Shown: positions 23,397-34,713 of the stretch, piece by piece
Position numbering within the stretch: the stretch's first letter is position 1
How the letters are laid out: every line of letters begins with the position of its first letter
Assembly (NCBI RefSeq): GCF_055900595.2
Contig: NZ_CM148325.1
Strand: one strand, 5' to 3'
Length of the DNA: 64,000 nucleotides
The notes under the pieces: generated by a model
What the model was told of the DNA's origin: nothing
Database searches by the model: none
Seen by the model: only the letters and a program-made list of their open reading frames with translations
Position numbers and translations under genes: made by a program

Positions 23397-23789
23397 TTAT
23401 TCTGATTCATCTATGTCGAGACGAGCAAGGAAATGACGAATTCCTTCACGTGACAAAAATTGCGCAACTTTTTCCTGCTCACTGTGAGTCATGTTGTCTA
23501 TTGCGCTGATGATTTGCCGATAAGCGGGAGTGCGAATCCCCGGTGCATATTCGGCAAGCGGTTCTTCGGCTTCCAGAAGCATCGGCGTGTTATGGAAGGC
23601 TGGCGTGTTCTGAATAAACTCGCAAACTTGCGTATCGACCAGAATAAGTCTGGCACGACCGCCTTTCACGCCGGGAAATTTTTCCGTTTTCCAGCCTTTC
23701 TCTCTGATCCAACGGTTAACAGTTTGTTTAGCCACACCGAGGCATTCCGCCAGTTCTTCGGTGGTCATTTTATTGCGTAATCTTTTCAT
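23397..23789 (-). CDS. yfeD: Putative DNA-binding protein YfeD (HTH, DUF1323-like)
   Basis: 130 aa; paralogous to the adjacent yfeC product (shared MT.EELA..G...QT.N.W.R..GW....PGV.GG.AR motif). Confidence 0.85.
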   Translation of the reverse strand: MKRLRNKMTTEELAECLGVAKQTVNRWIREKGWKTEKFPGVKGGRARLILVDTQVCEFIQNTPAFHNTPMLLEAEEPLAEYAPGIRTPAYRQIISAIDNMTHSEQEKVAQFLSREGIRHFLARLDIDESE

Positions 23790-23790
23790 A

Positions 23791-24150
23791 TTATTTGCTA
23801 TCGCGAATCCCTAAGCGTTGTAATAACCCGATAATCCCTTCCCGCAGAAGCAAGGATGTAAACTGTTTTTGTTCAACTGGCGTCATCTCTTTCGCCAGTG
23901 TCACAAGCAACACTTCAAGCGGCGCATCACCAGAAAGGGCTGGCGCTTCTCCCTGACCTTCTGGACGTTCAGCATTGCGAATATATTCACGAACCTGTTC
24001 ATTGACGTGAACCAGTCGAGCTTTGCCACCCTGGACGCCTGGTTTTGGTGATGTCGTCCAGCCTTCCTTGCGTACCCATTTATTAATGGTCTGACGGCTA
24101 TAACCGGTCAGTCTGGCAAGTTCATCTGGCGTCATCCTCTCCTTGAACAT
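23791..24150 (-). CDS. yfeC: Putative DNA-binding protein YfeC (true start may be the internal MTPDEL, giving 114 aa)
   Basis: 119-aa ORF paralogous to yfeD; stop of yfeC 1 nt from yfeD start. Confidence 0.85.
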   Translation of the reverse strand: MFKERMTPDELARLTGYSRQTINKWVRKEGWTTSPKPGVQGGKARLVHVNEQVREYIRNAERPEGQGEAPALSGDAPLEVLLVTLAKEMTPVEQKQFTSLLLREGIIGLLQRLGIRDSK

Positions 24151-24309
24151 AACAATTCCCTGAATGTATGTAGGTCTATTAGCGGTTCATTTTATAACAC
24201 CACTTTACAGGAAACCGTGACATGAATAACTACTGAATGCGAGCGGTTTTCCAAAATTGTTCATTTGCCTGATTTTTCAGCGATTGAAACTACACGCTGC
24301 AATTTGCCG

Positions 24310-24338
24310 TTGACACATTCGGGCGGAATTCATATGAT
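24310..24338 (+). promoter_or_regulatory. Candidate sigma70 promoter of the tRNA-Ala pair
   Basis: TTGACA-17 nt-TATGAT followed by GC-rich discriminator gccgcccg typical of stable-RNA promoters, about 30 nt upstream of first tRNA-Ala. Confidence 0.45.
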
Positions 24339-24370
24339 GCCGCCCGTCAACTCGACAAGCTTTACGTGAT

Positions 24371-24446
<76 letters not shown>

Positions 24447-24485
24447 AATTTTGCACCCAGCAAATTTGGTACGTAAACGACTCGT

Positions 24486-24561
<76 letters not shown>

Positions 24562-24567
24562 AATTTC

Positions 24568-24596
24568 AAACCCTCGCTGTAAAGCGGGGGTTTTTT
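24568..24596 (+). terminator. Rho-independent terminator after the tRNA-Ala pair
   Basis: Stem ccctcgc/gcggggg followed by TTTTTT. Confidence 0.55.
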
Positions 24597-24768
24597 GTCT
24601 CTGCTTTTTGCCGCTTTTGTAATACAGTCTACGTCCGGGTCAGCGCCGCCTGGTGAAAGCATCATTGGATGAAAAATCGGCAACAGGCTGGCCTCTGTTT
24701 GCTTCGCGATGCGAATAAACTTATTATTTGTGTGCCTGAAAACCCCGATCAGTGAGAGTAGTGTACTC

Positions 24769-26958
24769 ATGTTTGTGGAGCATAACCTGATAAAAAATAT
24801 CAAGATATTCACACTAGCGTTTACGCTCACCGTGGTACTTATTCAGCTATCCCGTTTTATTTCGCCACTTGCCGTTATCCATTCCAGTTATATCTTTTTG
24901 GCGTGGATGCCACTGTGCGTAATGCTGGCAATCTTGTTTATCTTTGGCTGGCGCGGTGTCGTTCCTGTTTTAGGCGGGATGTTTTGCACCAATCTGTGGA
25001 ATTTTCATCTCTCTTTTTTACAGAACTCCGTCATGCTCGGCAGCCAGACGTTTGCAGTCCTGTGTGCCTGTGCAATATTACGCTGGCAATTGGGAACGCG
25101 TTGGCGTTATGGTTTGACCAGCCGATACGTCTGGCAACGTCTCTTCTGGCTTGGTTTGGTGGCACCGATTGGCATCAAATGCAGCATGTATCTTGTGGGG
25201 AATTTCTTTGATTTTCCGCTAAAGATATCTACCTTTTTCGGCGATGCGGATGCCATTTTCACGGTCGTTGATTTGCTAAGCCTTTTCACCGCAGTGCTGA
25301 TTTACAACATGCTGTTTTACTATCTCACCCGCATGATTGTAAGTCCCCACTTTGCGCAGATACTGTGGCGCAGGGATATCGCTCCGTCGTTGAGCAAAGA
25401 GAAACGCGTATTTACCTTAAGCTGGCTGGCAGCTCTTAGCGTGCTGCTACTTCTGATGTGTACACCGTATGAAAATGACTTCATTGCCGGTTACCTGGTA
25501 CCTGTTTTCTTTATCATCTTTACCCTCGGGGTCGGTAAGCTTCGCTATCCGTTTTTAAATCTCACCTGGGCTGTTTCAACGCTTTGCCTTCTGAATTACA
25601 ACCAGAACTTTTTGCAAGGGGTACTAACCGAATATTCGCTGGCATTTATTCTCGCGGTGCTGATTTCCTTTAGTGTTTGCCTGCTCTATATGGTGCGCAT
25701 TTATCATCGTAGTGAATGGCTTAACCGACGCTGGCATTTGCAGGCGCTGACCGATCCGTTAACGCTCTTACCCAACTTTCGCGCGTTGGAACAAGCACCA
25801 GAGCAAGAGGCTGGCAAGAGTTTTTGCTGCCTGCGTATTGATAACCTTGAGTTTATGAGTCGTCATTACGGGTTAATGATGCGCGTTCACTGTATCCGCT
25901 CAATTTACCGTACGTTAATGCCGCTGATGCAGGAAAACGAAAAGTTGTATCAATTGCCGGGGAGTGAACTGCTATTAGTACTGAGCGGGCCGGAAACGGA
26001 AGGGCGACTCCAGCATATGGTTAACATCCTGAATAGTCGGCAAATTCACTGGAACAATACCGGGCTGGATATGGGCTATGGTGCCGCCTGGGGGCATTTC
26101 GATGGAAATCAGGAAACCCTGCAACCCTTGTTGGGGCAGTTAAGCTGGCTGGCGGAGCAATCCTGCGCACATCATCATGTGCTGGCGCTGGATAGCAGAG
26201 AGGAGATGGTTTCCGGGCAAACCACTAAACAGGTGCTATTGCTGAATACCATTCGCACGGCGTTAGATCAGGGTGATTTGCTGCTCTACGCCCAGCCAAT
26301 TCGCAACAAAGAGGGTGAAGGTTATGATGAGATCCTCGCGCGACTGAAGTATGACGGCGGCATTATGACCCCGGATAAGTTTCTGCCCCTTATTGCTCAG
26401 TTTAACCTTAGCGCGCGTTTTGATTTGCAAGTGCTGGAATCCTTGTTGAAGTGGCTGGCAACACACCCTTGCGACAAAAAAGGTCCGCGCTTTTCAGTCA
26501 ATTTAATGCCGCTCACGCTGCTGCAAAAAAATATCGCCGGGCGGATTATTCGTCTGTTTAAGCGTTATCACATCTCCCCGCAGGCGGTCATTCTTGAGAT
26601 CACCGAGGAACAGGCGTTTTCTAACGCAGAAAGCAGTATGTACAACATCGAGCAGCTGCATAAGTTTGGTTTCCGGATTGCGATTGATGATTTTGGCACC
26701 GGCTATGCCAACTACGAACGGCTAAAGCGTTTGCAGGCTGATATCATCAAAATTGATGGCGTCTTTGTGAAAGATATCGTCACGAACACGCTGGATGCGA
26801 TGATTGTGAGATCAATTACCGATCTGGCGAAAGCGAAGTCATTGAGTGTGGTCGCGGAGTTTGTCGAGACGCCACAGCAGCAGGCGCTATTGCATAAGCT
26901 CGGGGTGCAATATCTGCAAGGGTATTTGATTGGTCGCCCTCAGCCATTAACTGATTAA
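24769..26958 (+). CDS. pdeA: c-di-GMP phosphodiesterase PdeA (YfeA): N-terminal membrane sensor region, degenerate GGDEF-like and EAL domains (start trimmed to MFVEHNL)
   Basis: 729 aa from trimmed start; multiple TM helices then C-terminal EAL-type motifs (QPIRNKEGEGYDEILARL, DDFGTGYANY). Confidence 0.9.
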   Translation: MFVEHNLIKNIKIFTLAFTLTVVLIQLSRFISPLAVIHSSYIFLAWMPLCVMLAILFIFGWRGVVPVLGGMFCTNLWNFHLSFLQNSVMLGSQTFAVLCACAILRWQLGTRWRYGLTSRYVWQRLFWLGLVAPIGIKCSMYLVGNFFDFPLKISTFFGDADAIFTVVDLLSLFTAVLIYNMLFYYLTRMIVSPHFAQILWRRDIAPSLSKEKRVFTLSWLAALSVLLLLMCTPYENDFIAGYLVPVFFIIFTLGVGKLRYPFLNLTWAVSTLCLLNYNQNFLQGVLTEYSLAFILAVLISFSVCLLYMVRIYHRSEWLNRRWHLQALTDPLTLLPNFRALEQAPEQEAGKSFCCLRIDNLEFMSRHYGLMMRVHCIRSIYRTLMPLMQENEKLYQLPGSELLLVLSGPETEGRLQHMVNILNSRQIHWNNTGLDMGYGAAWGHFDGNQETLQPLLGQLSWLAEQSCAHHHVLALDSREEMVSGQTTKQVLLLNTIRTALDQGDLLLYAQPIRNKEGEGYDEILARLKYDGGIMTPDKFLPLIAQFNLSARFDLQVLESLLKWLATHPCDKKGPRFSVNLMPLTLLQKNIAGRIIRLFKRYHISPQAVILEITEEQAFSNAESSMYNIEQLHKFGFRIAIDDFGTGYANYERLKRLQADIIKIDGVFVKDIVTNTLDAMIVRSITDLAKAKSLSVVAEFVETPQQQALLHKLGVQYLQGYLIGRPQPLTD

Positions 26959-27018
26959 CAGGCGTAAAAAAAGCAGGGAATTATCCCCGGCTTTTGTGGC
27001 TGATGACAAACAGAAAAA

Positions 27019-27049
27019 TGCCTGATGCGCTACGCTTATCAGGCCTACA
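27019..27049. repeat. REP element in yfeA-nupC spacer
   Basis: tgcctgatgcgctacgcttatcaggcctaca, same REP unit as at 3939-3969. Confidence 0.55.
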
Positions 27050-27059
27050 TGGAATTGAA

Positions 27060-27084
27060 GCCGGGGAATTATCCCCGGCTTTTT
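27060..27084. terminator. Bidirectional rho-independent terminator (yfeA / nupC), GGGG-N6-CCCC hairpin
   Basis: 8-bp stem gccgggga/tccccggc, 4-nt loop, T5 on plus strand; A/T-rich on the other side. Confidence 0.55.
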
Positions 27085-27100
27085 AATTAATGAATTGGAC

Positions 27101-28303
27101 TTACAGCACCAGTGCTGCGATTGACGCAGACAGCACACTCACCAGAGTAGAGCCGTAAACCAGTTTCAGACCGAAGCGAGAAACCACGTTACCTTGTTCT
27201 TCATTCAGGCCTTTAACCGCACCGGCGATAATCCCGATAGAAGAGAAGTTAGCGAAGGAAACCAGGAACACAGAGATGATGCCTTCAGCACGCGGAGAGA
27301 GCGTGGAAGCAATTTTCTGCAGATCCATCATTGCAACGAACTCGTTGGAAACCAGTTTGGTCGCCATAATACTGCCCACCTGCAGTGCTTCACTGGAAGG
27401 AACACCCATCACCCACGCAACCGGATAGAAGATGTAGCCCAGGATGCCCTGGAAGGAGATGCTGTAGCCAAACCAGCCAGTCACAGTGGCAAACAGTGCG
27501 TTCAGCGCAGCGATCAGGGCGATAAAGCCGATCAGCATCGCGGCAACGATAATAGCAACTTTGAAACCTGCCAGAATGTATTCACCCAGCATTTCGAAGA
27601 AGCTCTGACCTTCGTGCAGGTTGGACATCTGAATGTTTTCTTCACTGGCATCAACACGGTAAGGGTTGATCAGTGACAGCACGATAAAGGTGCTGAACAT
27701 GTTCAGTACCAGCGCCGCAACGACGTATTTCGGCTCCAGCATCGTCATGTATGCACCAACGATGGACATCGACACGGTGGACATCGCCGTAGCTGCCATG
27801 GTGTACATACGATTGCGGGAGATTTTGCCGAGGATATCTTTATAGGCAATAAAGTTTTCAGACTGACCCAGAATCAGAGAGCTGACGGCGTTGAAGGATT
27901 CCAGTTTGCCCATACCGTTGACTTTGGAGAGCAGGAAACCAATTGCGCGGATAATCACCGGCAACACGCGAATGTGCTGGAGAATACCAATCAGCGCAGA
28001 GATAAAGACGATTGGGCACAGCACTTTCAGGAAGAAGAATGCCAGGCCTTGATCATTCATGCTACCAAAGACGAAGTTAGTCCCTTCGTTGGCAAATCCG
28101 AGCAGTTTCTCAAACATTTCGGAGAAGCCTTTCACGAAGCCCAAACCAACGTCGGAGTTCAGGAAGAACCACGCCAGTAACACTTCGATAACAAGCAGTT
28201 GAATAACATAACGGATACGAATTTTTTTGCGGTCGCTGCTTACCAGCAGTGCGAGAATCGCAACAACGGCAAGTGCCAGTACAAAATGAAGGACGCGGTC
28301 CAT
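27101..28303 (-). CDS. nupC: Nucleoside:H+ symporter NupC (start trimmed to MDRVLHF)
   Basis: 400 aa from trimmed start; concentrative nucleoside transporter family membrane profile. Confidence 0.95.
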   Translation of the reverse strand: MDRVLHFVLALAVVAILALLVSSDRKKIRIRYVIQLLVIEVLLAWFFLNSDVGLGFVKGFSEMFEKLLGFANEGTNFVFGSMNDQGLAFFFLKVLCPIVFISALIGILQHIRVLPVIIRAIGFLLSKVNGMGKLESFNAVSSLILGQSENFIAYKDILGKISRNRMYTMAATAMSTVSMSIVGAYMTMLEPKYVVAALVLNMFSTFIVLSLINPYRVDASEENIQMSNLHEGQSFFEMLGEYILAGFKVAIIVAAMLIGFIALIAALNALFATVTGWFGYSISFQGILGYIFYPVAWVMGVPSSEALQVGSIMATKLVSNEFVAMMDLQKIASTLSPRAEGIISVFLVSFANFSSIGIIAGAVKGLNEEQGNVVSRFGLKLVYGSTLVSVLSASIAALVL

Positions 28304-28395
28304 ATTTGCTCCAAATATGAGGCAGGTTAAATTTCCGTGCACATTCTATGTAACATGGTTAAGGAAAACGAGATCTGACACACACTATAATGACG

Positions 28396-28433
28396 TCCTG
28401 TGACAAGCTTCAAAAATAGTGAGCTGTCATACA
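28396..28433 (-). promoter_or_regulatory. Two tandem CRP-like sites upstream of nupC (CytR/CRP-type promoter architecture)
   Basis: tgtgaCAAGCTtcaaa (28399-28414) and agtgaGCTGTCataca (28418-28433) approximate TGTGA-N6-TCACA. Confidence 0.3.
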
Positions 28434-28570
28434 TTTCTGCTATGTTGTGTATGGAAGCTGAAAGTTATGTAAATGTGCTAACATTAAACATAATCACAAC
28501 ATTCAAGTCATCAATCTTTTCGTCGTCATAGTTCTGGTCTTTCAAAGAAATCATCACAATCCATTTAAAT

Positions 28571-28589
28571 GAATTTGATAATCATTCTC
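28571..28589 (+). promoter_or_regulatory. Fur box upstream of mntH
   Basis: gaatttgataatcattctc matches the 19-bp Fur consensus GATAATGATAATCATTATC at about 15 of 19 positions. Confidence 0.45.
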
Positions 28590-28604
28590 GTTTGACATAG
28601 CATG

Positions 28605-28626
28605 AAACATAGCAAAGGCTATGTTT
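28605..28626 (+). promoter_or_regulatory. MntR operator upstream of mntH
   Basis: Perfect palindrome AAACATAGC-AAAG-GCTATGTTT ending 13 nt before the mntH ATG. Confidence 0.6.
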
Positions 28627-28629
28627 TAG

Positions 28630-29877
<1,248 letters not shown>

Positions 29878-29906
29878 TTCAACTGGCGTCGTACCAGGCA
29901 TCACTG

Positions 29907-29995
29907 GCGGATGCGGCGTAAAACGCCTTATCCGCCCTACGCGTTAAAGAGCCGGTTTGTAGGCCTGATAAGACGCGCTAGCGTCGCATCAGGCA
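29907..29995. repeat. BIME-like pair of REP elements downstream of mntH
   Basis: ggcggatgcggcgtaaaacgccttatccgccctac and gtaggcctgataagacgcgctagcgtcgcatcaggca. Confidence 0.55.
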
Positions 29996-30018
29996 TTGTG
30001 CTCCAGTGGCGAATGTGT

Positions 30019-30345
30019 TTAATGGCGATGCCCATGTCCGCGGCCCTTTCCGCGATGATCATCACGATCGCGCCAGCCTTCACGATAGCCACGCTCATAG
30101 GCTTTACGCTTATCCCAGCCACGGTGGTAGCCATTATCATGACGCCACCAGCGGTTCTTACGCCATTCATAATTGCGATGCCAGTAGTCACGGTCGCGCC
30201 AGTGACCACCGTCCCAGTAATTACCGTAATGATCGCGATCGCCAATTTGTAATTTGATTGATGGCAGTAGGGTGATTTCACCTGCGTTTGCCGCAAGCGG
30301 GGTAAATGCCATCAGGGCGGCCGCCAGAAACAGTGACCTGAACAT
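30019..30345 (-). CDS. ypeC: Periplasmic small protein YpeC (DUF2502), Arg/Asp/His/Trp-rich
   Basis: 108 aa with signal peptide [21 protein letters not shown] and low-complexity RD/WR/H-rich C-terminal half. Confidence 0.85.
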
Positions 30346-30459
30346 TGTTATTCTCCTTCACGATCGAAGCCGTCAGCGGCCTGTTAACGCAATATTACGG
30401 GGAGGTAAAGCCCCGTATCATCGCCATAACTCTTAAATCATAAAGGAGAGCATTTTTTG

Positions 30460-31716
30460 CTAAACGTTATCGTGGGGTGGCTGTTGCTTCGGACGATTGA
30501 CCATCATCATCGGCTTACCGGCTAATAACAGCCATGCAGGAAGCATGACGATACAGAGCAGCGGTAGCAATGTGGTGTTAGGGACAACAACCGCAGCCAT
30601 AAATAGACTTAACCAGCCATCGCGTGTTACCACCAGCACGATGCCGAGAATAGCGCAGGAAACGGTTATTGCCGCCGGGACAGCGGGAACGTGCTCATGT
30701 AGCATCAATCCTAATGCCACGCCGACAAACACTGCCGGGAAGATTCGCCCACCGCGAAAGCCGCTGGCGGCAGCAACCACGAGAGCGGCAAGTTTAATCA
30801 CTGCCAGCAAAAAGTAATCGCTGGTGCTGAAAGCCTGATTTGCCACCATCTGCTGCATCTCATCCAGCCCTTTAAATAGCGAAACCGGTCCAGCAATAAC
30901 CCCCAGAATACCGAGAATAAATCCGCCCACTCCCAGCATTAGCACCGGATTTTTAATCTGATGCATCATCGCGTGCAACCGTGGCAGACACCATACGGCA
31001 ACCATCCCTGCTGCGATGGCAATCGCCGCCACAATTGCACCGCTGAGAATATCGGTCATCTCCATCTGCCCATAATGCGCAATGGGCAGTGAAAAATGAG
31101 GATGGAAAAATAATCCGGTAGTAAGTGCACCAGCTGCTGCGGCCATTAACGGCGCAAAGAGACGGTCCCATAGCGGAACCTCATTACTGCCATTTAAGGT
31201 TTGCGAAAATATCAACGCCGCCGCAACAGGTGTGCCAAACAGCGCGCCGATGGTTCCGGCAGAGGCTAAAATAGTCCACTCCATTCGGTTGACGCGCGGT
31301 AACAGACGAGCGCCAATGGCGACGGCAAGGGCGATATTGACGGTCATGATCGGATGTTCCGGCCCCAGGCTGACGCCGCCAGCAAGACCGAGAATTAATG
31401 CTACGATAAGTCCTGGTAGCGCAGAGGGCGGAACGGGTGCGCCGATCAGCGGTTCACAGGCGGGGTCTGGTCCAGCATGCCCCTGGCTGAAACGGATAAC
31501 CAACCCCACCGCAATACCCGTTAGCGTTAATATGGCGATGATCCAGAAAGGTGAATCCTGGGCTATTCCCAGAGTTCCCGGCAGTCGTTGCCAGAGCAGA
31601 GTCTGTAATACCGAGGCGATTTTCATCACCACAATCAGAATAAGACTGGACGCAATCCCAATTGCCACGGCGGGGAGTGATAATAACAACATGGTTCTGG
31701 CTCGCGGATGGAGCAT
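30460..31716 (-). CDS. yfeO: Putative ClC-like ion channel YfeO
   Basis: 418-aa polytopic membrane protein with G/A-rich helices typical of voltage-gated chloride channel family. Confidence 0.9.
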   Translation of the reverse strand: MLHPRARTMLLLSLPAVAIGIASSLILIVVMKIASVLQTLLWQRLPGTLGIAQDSPFWIIAILTLTGIAVGLVIRFSQGHAGPDPACEPLIGAPVPPSALPGLIVALILGLAGGVSLGPEHPIMTVNIALAVAIGARLLPRVNRMEWTILASAGTIGALFGTPVAAALIFSQTLNGSNEVPLWDRLFAPLMAAAAGALTTGLFFHPHFSLPIAHYGQMEMTDILSGAIVAAIAIAAGMVAVWCLPRLHAMMHQIKNPVLMLGVGGFILGILGVIAGPVSLFKGLDEMQQMVANQAFSTSDYFLLAVIKLAALVVAAASGFRGGRIFPAVFVGVALGLMLHEHVPAVPAAITVSCAILGIVLVVTRDGWLSLFMAAVVVPNTTLLPLLCIVMLPAWLLLAGKPMMMVNRPKQQPPHDNV

Positions 31717-31919
31717 GGTCTATTCCTTATGCGGGGTCAGATACTTAGTTTGCCCAGCTTGCAAAAAGGCATCGCTGCAATTGGTGCTGAAACGATAAAG
31801 TAATTGTGTGACCCAGATCGATATTTACAGGGAGCCTGCCTTTCCGGCGTTGTTGTTATGCCCCCAGGTATTTACAGTGTGAGAAAGAATTATTTTGACT
31901 TTAGCGGAGCAGTTGAAGA

Positions 31920-32885
31920 ATGACAAAGTATGCATTAGTCGGTGATGTGGGCGGCACCAACGCACGTCTTGCTCTGTGTGATATTGCCAGTGGTGAAATC
32001 TCGCAGGCTAAGACCTATTCAGGGCTTGATTACCCCAGCCTCGAAGCGGTCATTCGCGTTTATCTTGAAGAACATAAGGTCGAGGTGAAAGACGGCTGTA
32101 TTGCCATCGCTTGCCCAATTACCGGTGACTGGGTGGCAATGACCAACCATACCTGGGCGTTCTCAATTGCCGAAATGAAAAAGAATCTCGGTTTTAGCCA
32201 TCTGGAAATTATTAACGATTTTACCGCTGTATCGATGGCGATCCCGATGCTGAAAAAAGAGCATCTGATCCAGTTTGGTGGCGCAGAACCGGTCGAAGGT
32301 AAGCCTATTGCGGTTTACGGTGCCGGAACGGGGCTTGGGGTTGCGCATTTGGTCCATGTCGATAAGCGTTGGGTAAGCTTGCCAGGCGAAGGCGGTCACG
32401 TTGATTTTGCGCCGAATAGTGAAGAAGAGGCCATTATCCTCGAAATACTGCGTGCAGAAATTGGTCATGTTTCGGCAGAGCGCGTGCTTTCTGGTCCTGG
32501 GCTGGTGAATTTGTATCGCGCGATTGTGAAAGCCGACAACCGCCTGCCAGAAAATCTCAAGCCAAAAGATATTACCGAACGTGCGCTGGCTGACAGCTGC
32601 ACCGATTGCCGCCGCGCGTTGTCGCTGTTTTGCGTCATTATGGGCCGTTTTGGCGGCAATCTGGCGCTCAATCTCGGGACATTTGGCGGCGTGTTTATTG
32701 CCGGTGGTATCGTGCCGCGCTTCCTTGAGTTCTTCAAAGCCTCTGGTTTCCGTGCCGCATTTGAAGATAAAGGGCGCTTTAAAGAATATGTCCATGATAT
32801 TCCGGTGTATCTCATCGTCCATGACAATCCGGGCCTTCTTGGTTCCGGTGCACATTTACGCCAGACCTTAGGTCACATTCTGTAA
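31920..32885 (+). CDS. glk: Glucokinase
   Basis: 321 aa; N-terminal ROK/glucokinase ATP motif [14 protein letters not shown]. Confidence 0.97.
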   Translation: MTKYALVGDVGGTNARLALCDIASGEISQAKTYSGLDYPSLEAVIRVYLEEHKVEVKDGCIAIACPITGDWVAMTNHTWAFSIAEMKKNLGFSHLEIINDFTAVSMAIPMLKKEHLIQFGGAEPVEGKPIAVYGAGTGLGVAHLVHVDKRWVSLPGEGGHVDFAPNSEEEAIILEILRAEIGHVSAERVLSGPGLVNLYRAIVKADNRLPENLKPKDITERALADSCTDCRRALSLFCVIMGRFGGNLALNLGTFGGVFIAGGIVPRFLEFFKASGFRAAFEDKGRFKEYVHDIPVYLIVHDNPGLLGSGAHLRQTLGHIL

Positions 32886-33103
32886 ATCCTTCCTGTTATA
32901 TCGGGAGATAACTCTCCCGATAATCTTTTAAATCAAACAGTTAATTCAATTTTTCTTTGTGTCCCCTCACAAGGCCGACCTGCGTCACACTTCCGTACAG
33001 CGGGATTAATTCTCCAGTAAATGCATTATTTGTCTGGTAACGGCGATTTGTTTTGCACGTTCATAATTTCACTCGTCAACTATCACCGAACGAGGAATTA
33101 ACG

Positions 33104-33430
33104 ATGAGTAAGAAACTGATTGCCTTATGTGCCTGCCCAATGGGCCTGGCTCACACCTTTATGGCCGCTCAGGCGCTGGAAGAAGCGGCGGTAGAAGCCG
33201 GTTATGAAGTGAAAATTGAAACCCAGGGTGCGGACGGCATCCAGAATCGTCTGACCGCGCAGGATATCGCCGAAGCGACCATCATCATCCACTCCGTGGC
33301 GGTTACCCCGGAAGATAACGAACGTTTCGAATCACGCGACGTTTATGAAATCACTTTGCAGGACGCAATTAAAAACGCTGCGGGCATCATCAAAGAAATC
33401 GAAGAGATGATTGCCGCTGAACAACAGTAA
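33104..33430 (+). CDS. fryB: PTS fructose-like EIIB component FryB (start trimmed to MSKKLIAL)
   Basis: 108 aa with EIIB-Fru-type CxxMG active-site cysteine context (ALCACPMGLAHTFMAA). Confidence 0.9.
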   Translation: MSKKLIALCACPMGLAHTFMAAQALEEAAVEAGYEVKIETQGADGIQNRLTAQDIAEATIIIHSVAVTPEDNERFESRDVYEITLQDAIKNAAGIIKEIEEMIAAEQQ

Positions 33431-33451
33431 TATTCGACAGGGATAATTGTT

Positions 33452-34699
33452 ATGGCCATTAAAAAACGCAGTGCAACCGTTGTGCCTGGCGCATCCGGTG
33501 CGGCAGCGGCAATTAAGAATCCGCAGGCCTCTAAAACCAGCTTCTGGGGTGAACTCCCGCAGCATGTGATGTCAGGGATTTCACGCATGGTGCCGACCTT
33601 AATTATGGGCGGTGTGATCCTCGCTTTCAGCCAGCTGATTGCTTATAGCTGGCTTAAAATTCCTGCGGATATCGGCATCATGGATGCGCTTAATAGCGGG
33701 AAATTCTCCGGTTTCGACCTCTCCTTACTGAAGTTTGCCTGGCTGTCACAGTCCTTTGGTGGCGTACTGTTTGGCTTTGCCATACCGATGTTTGCCGCTT
33801 TTGTGGCGAACTCCATCGGCGGCAAACTGGCGTTCCCGGCTGGTTTTATCGGCGGCTTGATGTCTACCCAGCCTACGCAACTGCTGAACTTCGATCCCAG
33901 CACGATGCAATGGGCGACCTCTTCGCCGGTGCCGTCCACCTTCATTGGTGCCCTGATTATTTCTATCGTTGCGGGTTACCTTGTGAAGTGGATGAACCAG
34001 AAAATCCAGTTACCGGATTTCCTGTTAGCGTTCAAAACCACATTTTTGCTACCGATTCTTTCCGCCATTTTTGTCATGCTGGCGATGTACTACGTCATCA
34101 CCCCCTTTGGTGGCTGGATTAACGGTGGTATCCGTACCGTGCTGACCGCCGCGGGTGAGAAGGGCGCGCTGATGTATGCGATGGGTATCGCAGCAGCGAC
34201 CGCCATCGACCTCGGTGGTCCAATCAACAAAGCAGCAGGTTTCGTTGCCTTTAGCTTTACCACCGACCACGTATTACCGGTTACCGCGCGTTCAATCGCT
34301 ATCGTTATTCCGCCGATAGGCCTGGGTCTGGCGACCATTATCGACCGTCGTTTAACTGGCAAACGCCTGTTCAACGCTCAGCTTTATCCGCAGGGTAAAA
34401 CCGCGATGTTCCTTGCTTTTATGGGGATCAGTGAAGGTGCGATTCCGTTTGCGCTGGAAAGCCCCATCACCGCTATTCCGTCCTATATGGTTGGCGCGAT
34501 TGTCGGCTCAACCGCCGCTGTCTGGCTGGGTGCAGTTCAATGGTTCCCGGAATCTGCTATCTGGGCATGGCCGCTGGTCACTAACCTCGGTGTCTATATG
34601 GCGGGGATCGCGCTGGGAGCAATCATTACTGCGCTGATGGTGGTATTCCTGCGTCTGATGATGTTCCGTAAAGGCAAATTGTTAATCGATAGCCTGTAA
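33452..34699 (+). CDS. fryC: PTS fructose-like EIIC component FryC
   Basis: 415-aa polytopic membrane protein of EIIC-Fru family. Confidence 0.9.
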   Translation: MAIKKRSATVVPGASGAAAAIKNPQASKTSFWGELPQHVMSGISRMVPTLIMGGVILAFSQLIAYSWLKIPADIGIMDALNSGKFSGFDLSLLKFAWLSQSFGGVLFGFAIPMFAAFVANSIGGKLAFPAGFIGGLMSTQPTQLLNFDPSTMQWATSSPVPSTFIGALIISIVAGYLVKWMNQKIQLPDFLLAFKTTFLLPILSAIFVMLAMYYVITPFGGWINGGIRTVLTAAGEKGALMYAMGIAAATAIDLGGPINKAAGFVAFSFTTDHVLPVTARSIAIVIPPIGLGLATIIDRRLTGKRLFNAQLYPQGKTAMFLAFMGISEGAIPFALESPITAIPSYMVGAIVGSTAAVWLGAVQWFPESAIWAWPLVTNLGVYMAGIALGAIITALMVVFLRLMMFRKGKLLIDSL

Positions 34700-34713
34700 G
34701 AAGGAAAATCCAG

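Noticed and set aside
26960-27100. Insertion sequence between yfeA and nupC
   Set aside because: No transposase ORF or terminal inverted repeats; the region contains only a REP element and hairpins, so this is an unoccupied site.
29911-30296. 113-aa plus-strand and 119-aa minus-strand ORFs
   Set aside because: Begin inside REP elements and overlap ypeC in other frames; ypeC has a signal peptide and conserved position, the others have neither.
32163-32855. 230-aa and 120-aa minus-strand ORFs
   Set aside because: Antisense to glk.
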